A stretch of 64,000 nt of DNA from Bigelowiella natans CCMP2755 (GCA_000320545.1 ADNK01000060.1:1-64000), one strand, 5' to 3'. Numbered from the stretch's first letter, positions 12,583 to 26,920 are shown. Made by a program: numbers and translations. Notes: generated by a model from the letters alone, not told the origin.

Positions 12583-13668
12583 TGCTCAAAATACGCAGAC
12601 ACATTCGTATGTGTATTCCTTTATTAGTTTATATATTACGTTATTGTGAAAATTGGGTAGCATCTGCATGCCATCATGCCGTGCGTACGTGCTATAGTAT
12701 TAACTATAGGCACAGAGTGCACGCACCATGCATAGTAGATATAGGGGTATGCATGTTGCAGCAGCTACGTTGGGCGTAATGATATGGAAAAACTACTACA
12801 TATTTCAAATATCGTCTACTGGCCAACATTTGGCGCGTAGCAGCTTGTTTAGCACCGCAGCAAGGCATGTCATATACATAATGCCTTTTTGATAAGAGCA
12901 AATGATGCATTTCTGCGCGAGGCATGCGTGCAAGGATTACATACAGGAAATCCAGCTAGCTGTGGCGTCGTCCACGCGTACGCGATTAGTTGCTGCTAGA
13001 TTGAATTTACGCCAATCACAGAGGTAGGGAAAAATTCCAACGTCGCCTCATCAGTGTAAACATATATACAGAATAGATCACATCCACAATATAAACGTAG
13101 GCACGAATACTTGTGGTGCTGTCGGCGATGAATGGATGGCCTATTATACGCGTGGCGTTTTAAAGCTGAACAAATTTCAAAAATTTCGCTTCCTGCGATT
13201 CATCTTTGAATTTCGATTCTTCTTCCGCGCCCTGACAGCATTCAGAGGGAAAACATGAAGGTATTTAATGAAAATGAAGCAATATTTCAACGTGACGACG
13301 CGATACTAAGGACAGTACGCGTGCATGTCATACACAAGGTACTAATAAATGAGCATGTGTATCATATTCATATATTTCAAAAAAAAAATAGGCATAAATA
13401 AAAAATGTGTAGGTAATTTAGCAGTCGCGGTAGGTAGCAATATGCTTTGATGTTTTACTTGATGCCAGCTTGCTTTGCCTTTTCATCTCTAGGCTCCCCT
13501 CTCCCAGACAGACCCGAGTTTCTGCGATACAGCATGCAAGGATGGACATGGAAACCAAACGACAAAAGACACAGGACCGTCAAATTTATAATATTTTTGG
13601 GCTAACGACAACATAATTAGGAAATTAAGTAGCAGCAGTAATATGTTTTTAGTGTTGCATCATTATCA

Positions 13669-14826
13669 TCACTTCTTCTTAGTCGACGCTCTTCCTCCTG
13701 AAGACATGCCTAAATCATGATCCGAGTGGACCCCAAGCCTTGCAAGTTCCTCAATCCTGTCACGCCTGAATAATCATAATAGAAATTATGATGCTTTTAT
13801 GGAATGGAGAACAACATTCAGCCATCGCCTAATATTTGTTGTAAAGTTGTTTCCTATCTCCTCCTCATCATCATCCTTCTCCGTCCTCTCTCCAATTATT
13901 CGATTTTGTCTTGTTGAAATATCTTCATTTGTCGTTGTTGTTCTTCTTCATCTTATCGTGCTCGATAATATTTCTGGGGAATGATCGTACTCAAGTTCTT
14001 CCCGCACTTCTCTCTCCACACTTCGCTCCCTTCGCGGTGGCGCCATAGACTGCTGATGCCCACCTTAACACACGCAGCAGCAGCACACAGCATTATTGTC
14101 AGGTAAATTATTTGAAGTGTGCAGTTTACATGTGCTATCGATGCAGAATGCACGAAAACTGCAGATAAGATGACAATGATGGGATGTGTACATCCGTGAT
14201 GTGAATGCGTGCAGCAGCTTTATTTTGTCTTCTGATTGATTTGCGATACTACCCCGCTTTGTCCGAGTGGACTTCACCCCTGATTTGGATCGAAAGAGGA
14301 GAGACAAGGGGTCGGGGGAGATGAAAGTGATGAATCTTTACAGTACATGAAAAAGGAAGGGATTGATAACTGCGGCCCATACAGCAGCTGCACAGTTCAA
14401 TTATCTTTTTCATCATTGAAAAGCATCGCCTCAAATTTCTAATCATTCTTAGAAGTTCTCACTAGTCTTGGCGTTATCCAGTCGTGTTCTTCGCTTATCG
14501 CGCGCTATATCGTCAGGAGAGGGAGTCGAAAAGTCGAATCTCTGTTTCATCGTCAAATAGATTAGAACAGATCGTTTTCACACTTAGGCAGATACATCAT
14601 CTCCTTATGATACGTTATTTTTGTACGTTTGACTTAACTCATTACCCTTATCCCGACCTCCACGGAGGACGAAGAACTGTCCATATTGTAAGTGTACAAA
14701 CGAGAAAGTGCAGAGACCACAGCAGCAGGAGGGAATGAGGAGGAAGAAAGGCTTGAACCCTAACAACAATACACATTTCATTTTGTGTATAGTAATATAA
14801 GGATCATCTACGTTGGAGGAAAAATA

Positions 14827-14860
<34 letters not shown>

Positions 14861-15695
14861 CAGCAGTATCAGCAGCTACGCAGCCTATGCAAAAGCGTGG
14901 CGAAGCAGGGTCTTGGTACATAAATGCATGCATACCACATTCACATGTACTGCATGTTCGCTGCTGCTGCGACTACTACTTACTACCAGTACTACTATTA
15001 CTTTTGTTTTCATTCTTGTTCCTGGCCAAACTGAGACTCCGCTCTGTTCCATTAACGCAACAAAGTCCTCAAGGGGAAAGTAGGAAGACGAAGAAGGAGG
15101 ATAAGACATTGACGGGACTGAGAGATCATCAACGTCCTCCCCCAAGAGAATTCCCATGGGTGATGGCTTTGCTATCCCCACCGGAGCAATCAGCTTCTTC
15201 GAGGACCGAACAGGCTGCATAGCTATCTTTGGAGAATGATCATCACGATGATGATGCTGATCAAACTCTTTGCGGGAGAGAGAAGATTCACCGTCCAATA
15301 CCGCATCCTTGTTCTTCTGACCCTCCTGGCTATGCTCCAAGTTGGCCTTTGTCTCTAGATGCATCTTTGTCATCGTTCCTTCTCTCCCCTTAAGAATGGC
15401 ATTCTTTGCATCTGCTTTTTTGGGAGTTCCTGGTCTCTCCGTCTCGGATTGATTTATATTCTCCCTTTCAATCGTCATGTCCTCGCTGCTGCTACTGCTA
15501 CTACTATCTGCAGAAGAAAAAGGATTGGGTGAGAAAGCAACAACGTACCATAAAATGACAACCACCTTGCTCCAAAAGCCAAGCTACAGCTTCTTCAACA
15601 TCGCCATCAGCCTCCTTAAGGGCTCTTATGGCTTTTGCACGCGTAAATTCTGGCCCTACTGCAGCCAGCACCTCATCTACGTTGCAATCCGCCAT
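13669..15695 (-). CDS. N-terminal UBA-domain protein of unknown function (multi-exon; middle exons uncertain)
   Basis: MADCNVDEVLAAVGPEFTRAKAIRALKEADGDVEEAVAWLLE is a UBA-type three-helix motif. A long low-complexity exon follows (14885..15565 ORF). Terminal exon RDRIEELARLGVHSDHDLGMSSGGRASTKKK* ends at 13669. Confidence 0.65.
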
Positions 15696-15805
15696 CACAG
15701 TCGGGACTCGTAGTGCCGGTCGCTTCTAAAAAGGTAGACCAAAATATATCGAGGAAACTTCGTACAATTCACCAGATACATGATAATACCAAAGTATATC
15801 ATAAT

Positions 15806-16500
15806 CCATGCCCAGAACTTCCACAAAACATGACTACCGCAACTGGGATTGCATGGTTCAAGTTGGACGTCCAACGTCGTGTTCGGCAAAGAGTTTGCTC
15901 GACTCGTGCGTGCATGGAATCGAGTCACAGGGCGGAATTCATGTGAATGAATCCCTTGGGGATCATTACTTTAGTCCCTTCGTTCGTTCGTTGTGCGCAC
16001 CGCCAAAACAATGCGCGCTCATTGATGAAGACGAGCAACATTCTGGAATTGTTGTGCAGATTGAAGCTTCATCGATCGCTCACTTGGAAGGCGGACGTGA
16101 TTGTGTTCAGAGCCTTCTCAACGAGTTGGGTGATGAAGTTCACACTTTGTTGTTGCTCTGAATCGGATCGCATTGTGCGCAACACCCATTCGCAGGCAAA
16201 ACGTCTATTTTGTCCCAAAAAAATGAGATTTCAGCAGCAAAGCTGCACAGTGATGCATCAGGTGAGACACAGAGTGACCTTGCATCGAATGATAATGCAG
16301 CTGTGCCTGCGAGCGATTGCGCGCATCACGCACAGCATCGTGTGTCATGCCATCACGTGTTGCATGCATTGGATTTTCTCACTCATGCGTTCGATCGGTG
16401 CCGTCACGGGCGTGTTTGCGATCGCTTCTGGATGCACATAGCGGGAGGTGAAATGCAACTAGACAATGGCTAGATGGCAACGTGTGTCACAACATGAATC
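15806..16500. pseudogene. TpA-depleted relic with decayed coding-like sequence, source unidentified
   Basis: About 8 TA dinucleotides in ~695 bp (hand count), CpG retained. Minus-strand frame SVNFITQLVEKALNTITSAFQVSDR*SFNLHNNSRMLLVFINERALFWR has C/G-ending codons and in-frame stops. Confidence 0.4.
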
Positions 16501-16528
16501 TAGGATCATTGAACAGAGAGCACCCTGT

Positions 16529-17340
16529 CTAACACCGGCCGGCACAAGTCCATCTGAACTTGCTAAAGATGCTTGAATCATCCAAAGAAGACACTTTTTC
16601 CAACGAAATCCATGAGCATTGGCAGCAATAAGCTGCATTTCCTAACAAATTCGAAATGATCATTAATCGTTACACGCTTAGTTCCTCTAATAAATGAGTT
16701 AACCTTGCGTTGATAAAAGATTCACCGAGAGTCTCGCTACGTTGGGAGTATTGTTTCGAAAGAATAGATAACTCACCTTGTCATTCCATCTGAAAGACGT
16801 AGCGCAACATATGAACTTATGAGATTGCTGGACAGCATGGAATAATGCGAACGGCATTCAACTTACTTTGAATTATCAAAGCGAAGCACTTCAAAATCAC
16901 AGCTCGTGCATCGCATACGTGTACATAATTTCCTTCCATCAGTTCTGCGCAAACAGAGGTATGTAAAAAGGATGAAACCATGGTTGCTCACTTCCGTTTC
17001 AGTATTGAGAAGCTTCACTCTTTTCCCAAAAAAAGCAAGCATAGATAAATCCTGAAGTAAATCATACCTAGACGAATTGCCAGGCCCTAAATAAACCTTA
17101 TTGCACCTACGTAGCGAGAATTAAAAGACTCACAAAGGCAATTTATCGAAGTGCACATCACCACAGAAGATGGCATGGAATAATATGGGCGCCTACTTTG
17201 TTTTCTTGGATAAGGACGATTCGCTACCGCTGGTAGAAAATTTTTTCTTATCATTCCCCGTGACGTGTAATGCATCCACCGAGTCTATCTCATTCAGCAA
17301 CTCATCAATTTCTCCTATGTGCATAAATGCATTGAGATAT

Positions 17341-17388
<48 letters not shown>

Positions 17389-17883
17389 GCACACATATGC
17401 GCACATCGGTTTGCGCCTCGAAAGTGTGTATGTACTCTATGTGCGTGTTAACTTAGACTACATCATGTGGCATTGGTACTGTGAGATGAAACCTACCTAA
17501 AGCTGTTGTAGGAGACATAGCTGGCTTTTCCGATCCGGTTTTCTAAATAATATGTCCAAATCCTCACGTTCTTCTTCTAAGGATTATCAACATAGTTGCA
17601 AACCGAACCCCACACATATTTCCTCCTCTTTCACACAAAGATAAAAACCTAATTTCACCTTTCTCTCCGGTGTCGCCACTGTTATTGGGGTGGAAATTTT
17701 CGTCGTCTTCGTCTTTGGCTCGGGCTGCGGTTGGGAGAATTTCTGGATTGCACTCGATCTAAGAAGGGGCGTTGAAAAATGAGGAAAGACAAGGAGGTGG
17801 AGTGACAAGTGATTTACGAACCCCGAGCCGGTTGCCTCATCAAGGACGCCGTCGACCTCGGCCAGGAGCTGGTCTACATCCAT
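16529..17883 (-). CDS. CFAP418: Cilia- and flagella-associated protein 418 (C8orf37 homologue)
   Basis: MDVDQLLAEVD..., EIDELLNEIDS, MRCTSCDFEVLRFDNSK|WNDKVSYLFFRNNTPNV, AAYCCQCSWISLE...FRWTCAGRC*. This is the Cys-rich C8orf37 signature. Confidence 0.9.
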
Positions 17884-18261
17884 TCGGCTACAAAAGTGTA
17901 CTACCCACTTAGGAGTAGTAGCAGCCCTCGAGCTTTTGAGGGTCGTCTATTCTCTCTCCCCCCTGCTGGTGTTCTATTTGCTGCTGTTGGATTGTTATCC
18001 GTAACCGCTATGAGAAGCAGTTCTCAGGGGATGGGACAGACAGATAACAACAATTACAACAACATTACCAACAACAATAACAACAATGTTGCATGTGCTC
18101 AGATGTTTTATGCTGTAAAAATTGTCCAAGAAAGCCGCAGCATCGGTTCATGTGATAATCGTTTTGGATTGGTTGTCGCAGTGGGTATTTAGAGGTGGTT
18201 CTGGGATAAGATTAGGATAAAAATCATCGGAAGAGAAAAGAGATACCCTCCTCTCCTCCAA
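17884..18261. promoter_or_regulatory. Short divergent (bidirectional) promoter region between CFAP418 and the NMO-family gene
   Basis: Head-to-head ATGs only ~380 bp apart. Inferred from geometry; no specific motif identified. Confidence 0.45.
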
Positions 18262-19937
18262 ATGCCTCTTCGAACAGCCCTCACAGAGCTTCTTTCCATC
18301 GAAAAGCCGATTATCCAAGGAGGCATGCAGTATGTGGGATATGCAGAGATGGCGAGTGCGGTCTCAAATGCCGGGGGGCTCGGTATCATAACCGGTCTCA
18401 CACAGCCCACACCAGAGGCTCTTCGCAAAGAGATCAAACGATGCCGAACTATGACAAAGAAACCTTTTGGCGTCAACCTTACCATCCTACCCGCGCTCAT
18501 TCCAGCGGATTACGATGCCTATGCTAAGGTAGTTGATCACACCGACCTGAAAAAGTAGCAGTAGACAAATGGCAGCAGCGTGCACGATCCTAAAAACAAA
18601 CTTAGTAGTGTGCGCATTTTCAATTAAGACGACCATCTTATGCAGGTTGTAGCGGAAGAGAAAGTCGCAATGGTAGAGATCGCTGGTGGATCGCCGAAAA
18701 AGTATATACCACTCTTCAAGAAGGCTGGAGTGAAAGTTCTTCACAAATCGGCAACGCTGCGCCATGCGCTTAAGGCCCGGAAGTATGGTGTAGATCTGAT
18801 CGAGATCGTTGGGTAATTTACACCCAAAACATATAGAGAAACAAATTAAAATATAGATTAAGGGAAAGTGGTGTTTGAAGTGACGATTCACAATAAAAAG
18901 GAATACATAATTCTATTTTCAACACGCTTTCTTTCTACAAGGAGATGAGAAGGTGTCCTCTACTCTCTCCTCGCCTGAGTCTGTGCATCCGTGCATGTGG
19001 GTGCTTCCCTTCTGCGGGATTAAAGATTTTTGTATAAGATTATAATGAAATTGTGCTCCCAAAATTGTTCGGTGTCAGAGGCAAATACTCATTGTTGAGA
19101 ATGCAACATTGTTCTCTGTCTTTATTTCCTTTTAGATACGAAGCCAGCATTGCTGGTGGCCAGCCAGGTGATGAGATCGGCTTATGGGTTGCTCTCACAA
19201 AGGCTTTGAAGCTGATAAAAGACATTCCCATAGTAGCAAGTGGAGCATCTGCCACGGGGAGACAGCTAGCTGCCGCCATCGCAATGGGAGCGGTTGGAAT
19301 AACGATGGCTACCAGGTTTCTTGCTACGAAGGAGGCACCTATTCAGATGGTATAAAAAAGATCTTAACTCTAAATCTATCGTCACAACTACTCCTTGGCA
19401 AACAATTTTATCAATTTCTAATTCGTTTCATCATTGACTCTTCTTCTTCGTCTACATCGCTGTTGCTGTGTCTTCTTCCCAAGGCGATTAAGAAAAAGCT
19501 GGTGGAGGCGGATGAGCGCTCAACAACCATTGTGCTTGGAACTTTGTCAAATGCAACGCGTGTCTTCAAGAACAAGATTGCAGACAAAATCAGAGATATC
19601 GAGCACGATCCGGAGTTTGATGGTAAGATCTTTTGAAGGGAAGAAAATGAACATGTTTCAGCATGTAATCAATCTTACCTTTCTCTGTTGTACATTCATC
19701 CTGCAATCTCATCAACAAGGTGACTTCCGCGCAATTGCGCCCCTTGCTAGTGGGAAGAGAACAAAGAAAATGTGGCAACAGACGGGAGATTGGAACGGTG
19801 CCATGTGGAGCTGCGGCCAATCAGTGGGACTCATCGACGACATTCCTTCCTGTGCGGAGCTAATGGAGAGAATTGTAGCTAACGCGGAGAAGCGTCTAAA
19901 GGCTTGCGCCAACGTTGTGATCGCTAGCAAGCTGTGA
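18262..19937 (+). CDS. Nitronate monooxygenase / 2-nitropropane dioxygenase family FMN enzyme (PA1024 NADH:quinone reductase-like), 5 exons
   Basis: PIIQGGMQYVGYAEMASAVSNAGGLG, PFGVNLT, KVLHKSATLRHALKA, PIVASG..ATGRQLAAAIAMGAVGITMATRFLAT, WSCGQSVGLIDDIPSCAEL. Exons ~18262-18528, 18646-18811, 19136-19329, 19483-19622, 19720-19937. Confidence 0.92.
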
Positions 19938-20780
19938 TCAATCACACTCGATGTTCCGATCTATGATTGCCTGCATGAGGAGCTGTTTCGCGACGGCCAG
20001 AAGAATCGCTAGCAGCTTGACGTAGCCAACACAGGCGGTATACATGCACAAAGTATGGCATGTGAGACGGATGTAATGAATATGGTAAATTATTTACTTC
20101 AATTGCCATCCTAATATAGCTTTGCAAAGTATGGCACATGTGTGTTACGTACATTTATATACTGGTGGCAAAATGCAGCAAATGTATCCTAGTATCGTCG
20201 ACAGTATCCTAATTTATGCTCTAGGCTCCACAACAGTGTGGTGGGGTTACAAATGCGCTGAGCAGGACATGTGTAACGCTAGAACGGTATAGCTAGATAG
20301 TGCAGTATGTTTTGACGTAGTCAGTCTGACTTTGTTGTACGGCATGTATCTCATTCCGGCAAGAGAAAATAAGCCAACTGAAGCGAACAAGATCGCAGCA
20401 AATTGCAGCACTAAAGCTCTTTATATTAATATCTGCTCACTGACTGAGCCGGTTGACGGACGATGATTTTCATGAGAATGTGCATCTACATGCATACCTA
20501 GATACACCAAGGCGGGCCATGCTAGCATGATCTTGCAGCGGCACTTATTATACGATTGATTACATAGACGTAAGACATGTGTGATGTGTTATAGCAAGCA
20601 GATTGATGCAATAACGCAATTGGCAATCACATGAGTACGATGTGAATGACACGACTTCATGCGTGATTTAATTTAATGTTAATGACCAAACATATAGCAC
20701 ACAGTTAAAAATGTCATCACAGCGCGTGCACGTATGATCGAATACAGGATGAAACTTTGTGTACATGTGCACACATATAA

Positions 20781-21478
20781 TCAGACAAGTGCAGGACTAT
20801 CTATCACCGCATATCCAGTTGCAACGCCACCCTCATTTGTTCCTACTAGCTTCGTTCGCATCAGATGTCCCACGGTCTAGTACAACGTGTAGATAAAGAT
20901 AGTGAGGAGGTGCTTAAGCTTTATGTCTTTTCGTATTTAGGTATTGGCAACCGGTAAAATACACTCTTTTTGGATGAAATGAAAAGAACCTTTTCTCTCT
21001 CTCACGACACGGCATGTATGATAAATCTAAGAAACCTTCTGATAGGGCTCCTGATCACCAGTTCCTCCCAAGAAAGACGCGTAGATGCCTATCTCCTTCA
21101 GACACTCGCCGACAATCACCTTAGCATTTACAATGATAAATACTATATCGGATCTCTTCGCTGAATGATAATGAAAATTATGATGATTATGATGACAGTG
21201 CTTTTCCCCCTCTCTTCCTCTTACCCCTTCTTTTTCTCTCTACACCCTCCTCCTCCTCATCAGCAGCACCTGGCCATTTCGTAAAAGCGCTGCAGTGAAA
21301 GGCTCTTGCTCAATGCAACTCATCAGAATATACGCCGTCCTGATACGGTAGTGGTGTCGGATTTATGAGGATGTGAAGGAGGAGGAGGAGGAGGTGGTGG
21401 TGGAGGAGGAGGAGGAGAAGTGGTTTCGTTGTTGGGAATAAAAGGAATCTCTACGGTACATGCTACATGGTATACTAG

Positions 21479-21514
<36 letters not shown>

Positions 21515-21749
21515 ACATCTACAACAGTAACAACACTCGCCGGGGTATGATAATGATGATACCGTTCTTGCTTTGTCATTGTTTTTAATTCCAAAGCCTA
21601 CGAGTAGTATGCATCTTTTAAGTAATGTGTTGATGCTGATATTGATTGTCAGGACAGCACTATCGTCGATCAAACACGGTAGTATTCTTCATATTATTAT
21701 CAATATCATTATTGGTAGCAGTAGTAGTAGTAGTAGTAGTAGTAGGTTG

Positions 21750-21787
<38 letters not shown>

Positions 21788-21795
21788 TCTCTCGC

Positions 21796-21839
<44 letters not shown>

Positions 21840-22720
21840 ATTGTAGTCATTGTTTTCAGCTTAGGTCTCGTAGCATCAAAGGCATCATTAATGATGTAGC
21901 CGTCATCTTATCAAAGAATTTGCTGTGACTATCACCTCTTTCATATCATCCAGCCAGAGATTGTTCCCTCCCCCCTACCACCAGCACAATCAACATTAGC
22001 AAACAGCTACTGTCATTCATTCCAATTATCTGAATGTCATTTGTTTGGAGCAAAACACTTGAGTATTATTAGTACTGACTAAGAGACTCACAGGCCCTGA
22101 TTCATTGCAACCAAAGCACACTATGTCGTATTCCCTATCACAAGCATCACTACATTGTTACTACCTCTCGTTGAGGTTTTAGGACATATCTCTCGGTGTG
22201 ATGAATAGCGTCCTTGATAGCTTTTTCTGAGGAAGCTTCCAGCGGCTCGGATAGGCTAAATTGGTCTGATAATATAATAGTTCACATCATGAAGTTGAAG
22301 TAGCTGTTGGCGATGATGATGATAATGATGACGACGACAACGATCATAGAGACAAAGAATCAGATGGATCAATGGAATCTTAGTAGTGACAGTTAAAGAC
22401 GAGATTACTACTACTCTTCTTTCCATTCTATCACTTGATGCAGGTAGATACACTAACCGGCAAAGAAGAGCCGCACCATATCAGAATCAGCTGCATCTAG
22501 AAACCTGTGTGTGTTTGAGAGAGGAGGAGGAGGAGGAGGAGGAGGAGGAGGAGGGAATGGAGGAGCGCGGCGGAGGGGTAATAGTGGAAATAATACACAG
22601 TAAGAACATTTACCAGTACTAAATAATAAACACGGAAACGGTGTGTAGAAGTACAAGATTGATGGGGTTTTAACAAATAATTATTGCATGAATCGGTTAT
22701 CGAGAAATAATTCCTTCGCA

Positions 22721-22758
<38 letters not shown>

Positions 22759-23447
22759 CACCAGAGACAGAAAGAGAGAGAGAGAAATAGAGAGAAAGAG
22801 AGGGAAGAGTCACTACTTTTCTAACTCTTTCGCTTCTGAGAGTTTTTGCTGAATCTATGAAGAAGAACAATGAGGAGGGGGGGGGGGGGGGAAGGGAGGA
22901 AAGGACAGCAGCAATTGATGTTACTGGTGGTGATGGTGGTGGTATTACTACCACCGCTACTACAGCTAAATACAAGCAACAATATCTAGCAGCATAAAAA
23001 GAACGTCGAGCCTTTGTGTGAGGAGAGGTTGCACACAAATACACAAACACACACTCCAGTGCACACTACTCTCACCATCAATTAGTCATCATGATTGTTT
23101 TATCTCTCAATGTCGATATCAGCAGTAGCAGACCTTCTTAGTTCCTGCAAGATGGTAGGCAATGCAAGGGCATTTGATGGCCCGCGACAACTCGATAGAC
23201 CGATAGGCCTCCCACTCTACAGGCGATGGTAAGTCCTTCGGTGTGTACCTGGAGAGGGCTTGAGTGATGAGAGTAGTAGCAGTAGTAGTAGTAGTAGTAG
23301 TAGTGGTGGTAGGATGATGATGGCTAATAGCATCAGCAGCATTAGCCCATCATCATGAAATTCTTCATGTTCCTCCTCGATGATGATGATGATGATGATA
23401 ATGATGATGATGATGACGATATCAGTTCTGATGCTTGATGCTGCTGT

Positions 23448-23479
<32 letters not shown>

Positions 23480-24225
23480 GCTGTTATGGTTATGTTAACC
23501 CAGCACGAAAGTAGACGAGCGCGATGTGGAAGCCATGGAAAAACAACTTTTTCCCGTCACTGTTAACACCTGACATCAATGTGCAATGGTCACAAAGTGA
23601 ATCTTCCTAAAAATTGACATGTTGCTATTATTTTGTTTACACACTACAACACCATATTATATAGCAACATATGTGCGTTGTGTTGTTCGTAATATAAGTT
23701 GTATATTTCATCATATCAGCAAGAACTCTCTTTAACTCTCTCACATATATTTCCTCTTTTCTTTTCTTCCTATTGATTGTGCGCTCTCTCTCTCTCACTC
23801 TCCCTGATATTGTTGTTGCAGCACTTGATTAATATACTCGACTCTCTTCTCCTCCCCCTTCCGATTATTCTTCTTCGTCGTCTTCTTCTTCGTCTTCTCA
23901 GTAGTACTACAACCTTCATAGGCCTTTGAGACCTCCTTAAATGTCGCGCGGATCATGCGTATATTATGATTGCTCATCAATGAATACCTGAGAAGAAATA
24001 CATAGGTGGTATAGGTGGCCGAAACAAAACAAAAGAGCTGCAAGGGGGAGATGGAAAATGGATGAGAATCAAAGAAGAATCATGTATTAAGATATTCGCT
24101 CAATGATTTTTGTGTGTAGTCTTCGTCTTTCCCCCCCTCCCTTTCCTCCTTTCCATCTTCTCCATACTCGAGTAGTCGCTGATCTCCTGCATTTGATTCC
24201 CCTGGTTGGACAACCTATTGTTTTG

Positions 24226-24259
<34 letters not shown>

Positions 24260-24649
24260 ATACTTCTACTTCTACTGCTACCATCATAACAGCCAGATCA
24301 TGCTCCTTCACATCAACACTCTCCGCCTTTGCATAAGCCCTGAAGAAGCATCCAGATATGGCGATTATGCATCATAGTCACGTTAGAAGAAAGCTCTCAT
24401 ACATAACAAACACAAGTATTTAAAATCATCATTATCATCATCATCACGAGAGGATAACGATGAGAAGAAGCATAAACGAATTACTCGACAGCTTTGGCCA
24501 TGGCTTCCGCAAGGTTGTCAACAGCAGGGTTCTTTGGCAGCGATGCATCCCCGAACCTGCTCATCACCGACCGACCGATTGTAGTAAATGAAGCACACCG
24601 TGTAGTAATCACAATTCAATCCATAAAATATGTTAATAATACCTATGTG

Positions 24650-24692
<43 letters not shown>

Positions 24693-25408
24693 TTAGGAAG
24701 TTGTAGTACCTTTGCAAGGTGTCCTTATGGAAGCGCTGCAAAATATGTGCATGAAGCGAAGCCACTCGCGATGACAACCCCCTGAAGTTACCGTTCTCTT
24801 CTCAGCCACACACATTACATCATCACTATACGTGTGTGTGTGTGTGTGTGTGTGTGAGAGTGTGTGTGTGTTTATGTCAACACGATATGAATTCGGATAG
24901 GTGCATGCATATTTAGCGATCTTCTCGACGTTCATTTATTTGATCGACCCGAAACTCGCAGCGATGGTATTGTTCTCCACCTTGAAGCATATAGAATAGG
25001 AATGGGCAGGAAGAGTCGAAATAGATCATTTTGTGGTAGTTATTTATGATGAACATTACTAATGTTAGTCTCGTAAAAAAAAACAGACACCATGCTTAAA
25101 TACGTGCATCATTCCCCCTCTTTATCAGCACTCTATAGGTGTTTGTTGCTATTGCCTAGATATTTCAGAAGATTTAGAACTTATTTGTTACTTGAAGAAA
25201 TCGCGGGGTGGGAAATTTTGAGTCCGGTCCTGTATCACAGAGAAACGGAAAAAAGAGAAAGAAATAGCAACGAAGGTAAGACGAAGAAGAAGAAGGAGAA
25301 CGAGAGGGGGAGGAGGATATAGTGACATAACAACCCAACGATGATACGCATGATGTATCGGGACTGATTTCGTCATTAAATAGTACTTACTGTTGTTGTT
25401 GGTTCAAC

Positions 25409-25448
<40 letters not shown>

Positions 25449-26453
25449 CAAGAGATTTTTGTAGCATGTAGTCGGAGCGGAAAAGACCCAGTGTAACTGC
25501 AATTGTAGTAGTAGTAGTGGTAGGATGTTTGTTGAATATTTAGGTACACGCATACATACATACATACATACATACATACTATATTCCCCACATCCATCAT
25601 AACTTTTACACGAAACAGGTCATCTGTATTGTTATCGCTGCTGCTGCTGATTCTGGTGGTGGTGGTGGCGGTTACGGTAAATTTTGTACAGATAATCCGT
25701 ATTTCTTTATAACTATTTCATCTGTTGTTGTTGTTGCTGCTGCTGCTGTTGCTATTGTTGTTGTTGTTGTTGTTGTTGTTGTAGTTGGTCGTGGTGGTGT
25801 AAAGCATCCTTCATACTGTTTTGTTTCCTGTCTCCTTGATTTCGAACCTCACTCAAGATCTCCAAAAGCTGTGGTACAGGAGAATGCAGGAGAATGCATG
25901 ATAATTCAGAATATTGTCGTTCGAAATAGATAATGATGATGACGATGATGATGATGATGGTGATAATGATGACTACCCCTTTTGTGTAGTTATCATTCTT
26001 GCTGACATCGACCAGCACGTCTTCGAGGTAACTTGGATGCCGAGCGATCTATGTTTGATATTTGATGGGGTTTGTATGTGTGTTTATCCCAAGTGTATGT
26101 GTATGTGTGTGAATGTGTGTGTGTGGCTTCTATGCGGAGAATAGGTAGATCGTTATCGCAAAAACTATTAGAAGAAACAGACAGACCCCTTCTTTCCCGA
26201 TGCAAACGAACACTTTGCAGTTGTTTCACATGTGAGATGTGACACCAACAAGCAAAAATAGAGACTGCTACTACCCTTCACCTTGTCAATTAACGAGCTG
26301 AATACTGCTGCGATATCGGTTGCTTGCTGTCATAATTGATGTATATAGTTAAAATCTATATAAAATATACACATCACCATGACGAATGTTTTGGGGGACC
26401 TGCCTCGAATGATATACACCATTTTAAACATAGCTGTTGCTTCTTCGTGATAA

Positions 26454-26496
<43 letters not shown>

Positions 26497-26920
26497 CCTT
26501 CTTCTTCTTCTTCTGTTACTACTACCTTAAAAGCCTTCCTTGGAAGTATCGCTGGTAATAAAGTAATGGGTGCGTGGACAAAGCTTTGTGATCCTGTCTT
26601 CTCTCGCATTACGAGTCCGTTGCACATGGCGTAGTCTATTGCTTCCTCACGGATGCGTAGGAGCAACTCCTCGTCGCTGAAGATTGTCTTTTCGTAATTA
26701 GTCCGGTTGTTCGTGGGGTATAAGACTGCACCATCTCCAGAACATAATGGTCTCTTTCTCTGATTTACACATAATGTGGATTAGTATCGCTGTTGCAGGG
26801 TCGTTGATCAGCGAAGGCAACCTTGCGCAATAAGAAGTATACCCCCCCGAGGGCAACGGCTCCAGCAGCTACGGCAGCAGCCGTTTTGTATAGATTCTTT
26901 GGATCAGGTGGACAAGCCAT
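20781..26920 (-). CDS. GSS: Eukaryotic-type glutathione synthetase, highly interrupted by microsatellite-rich introns
   Basis: [58 protein letters not shown]|[92 protein letters not shown]. Confidence 0.93.
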
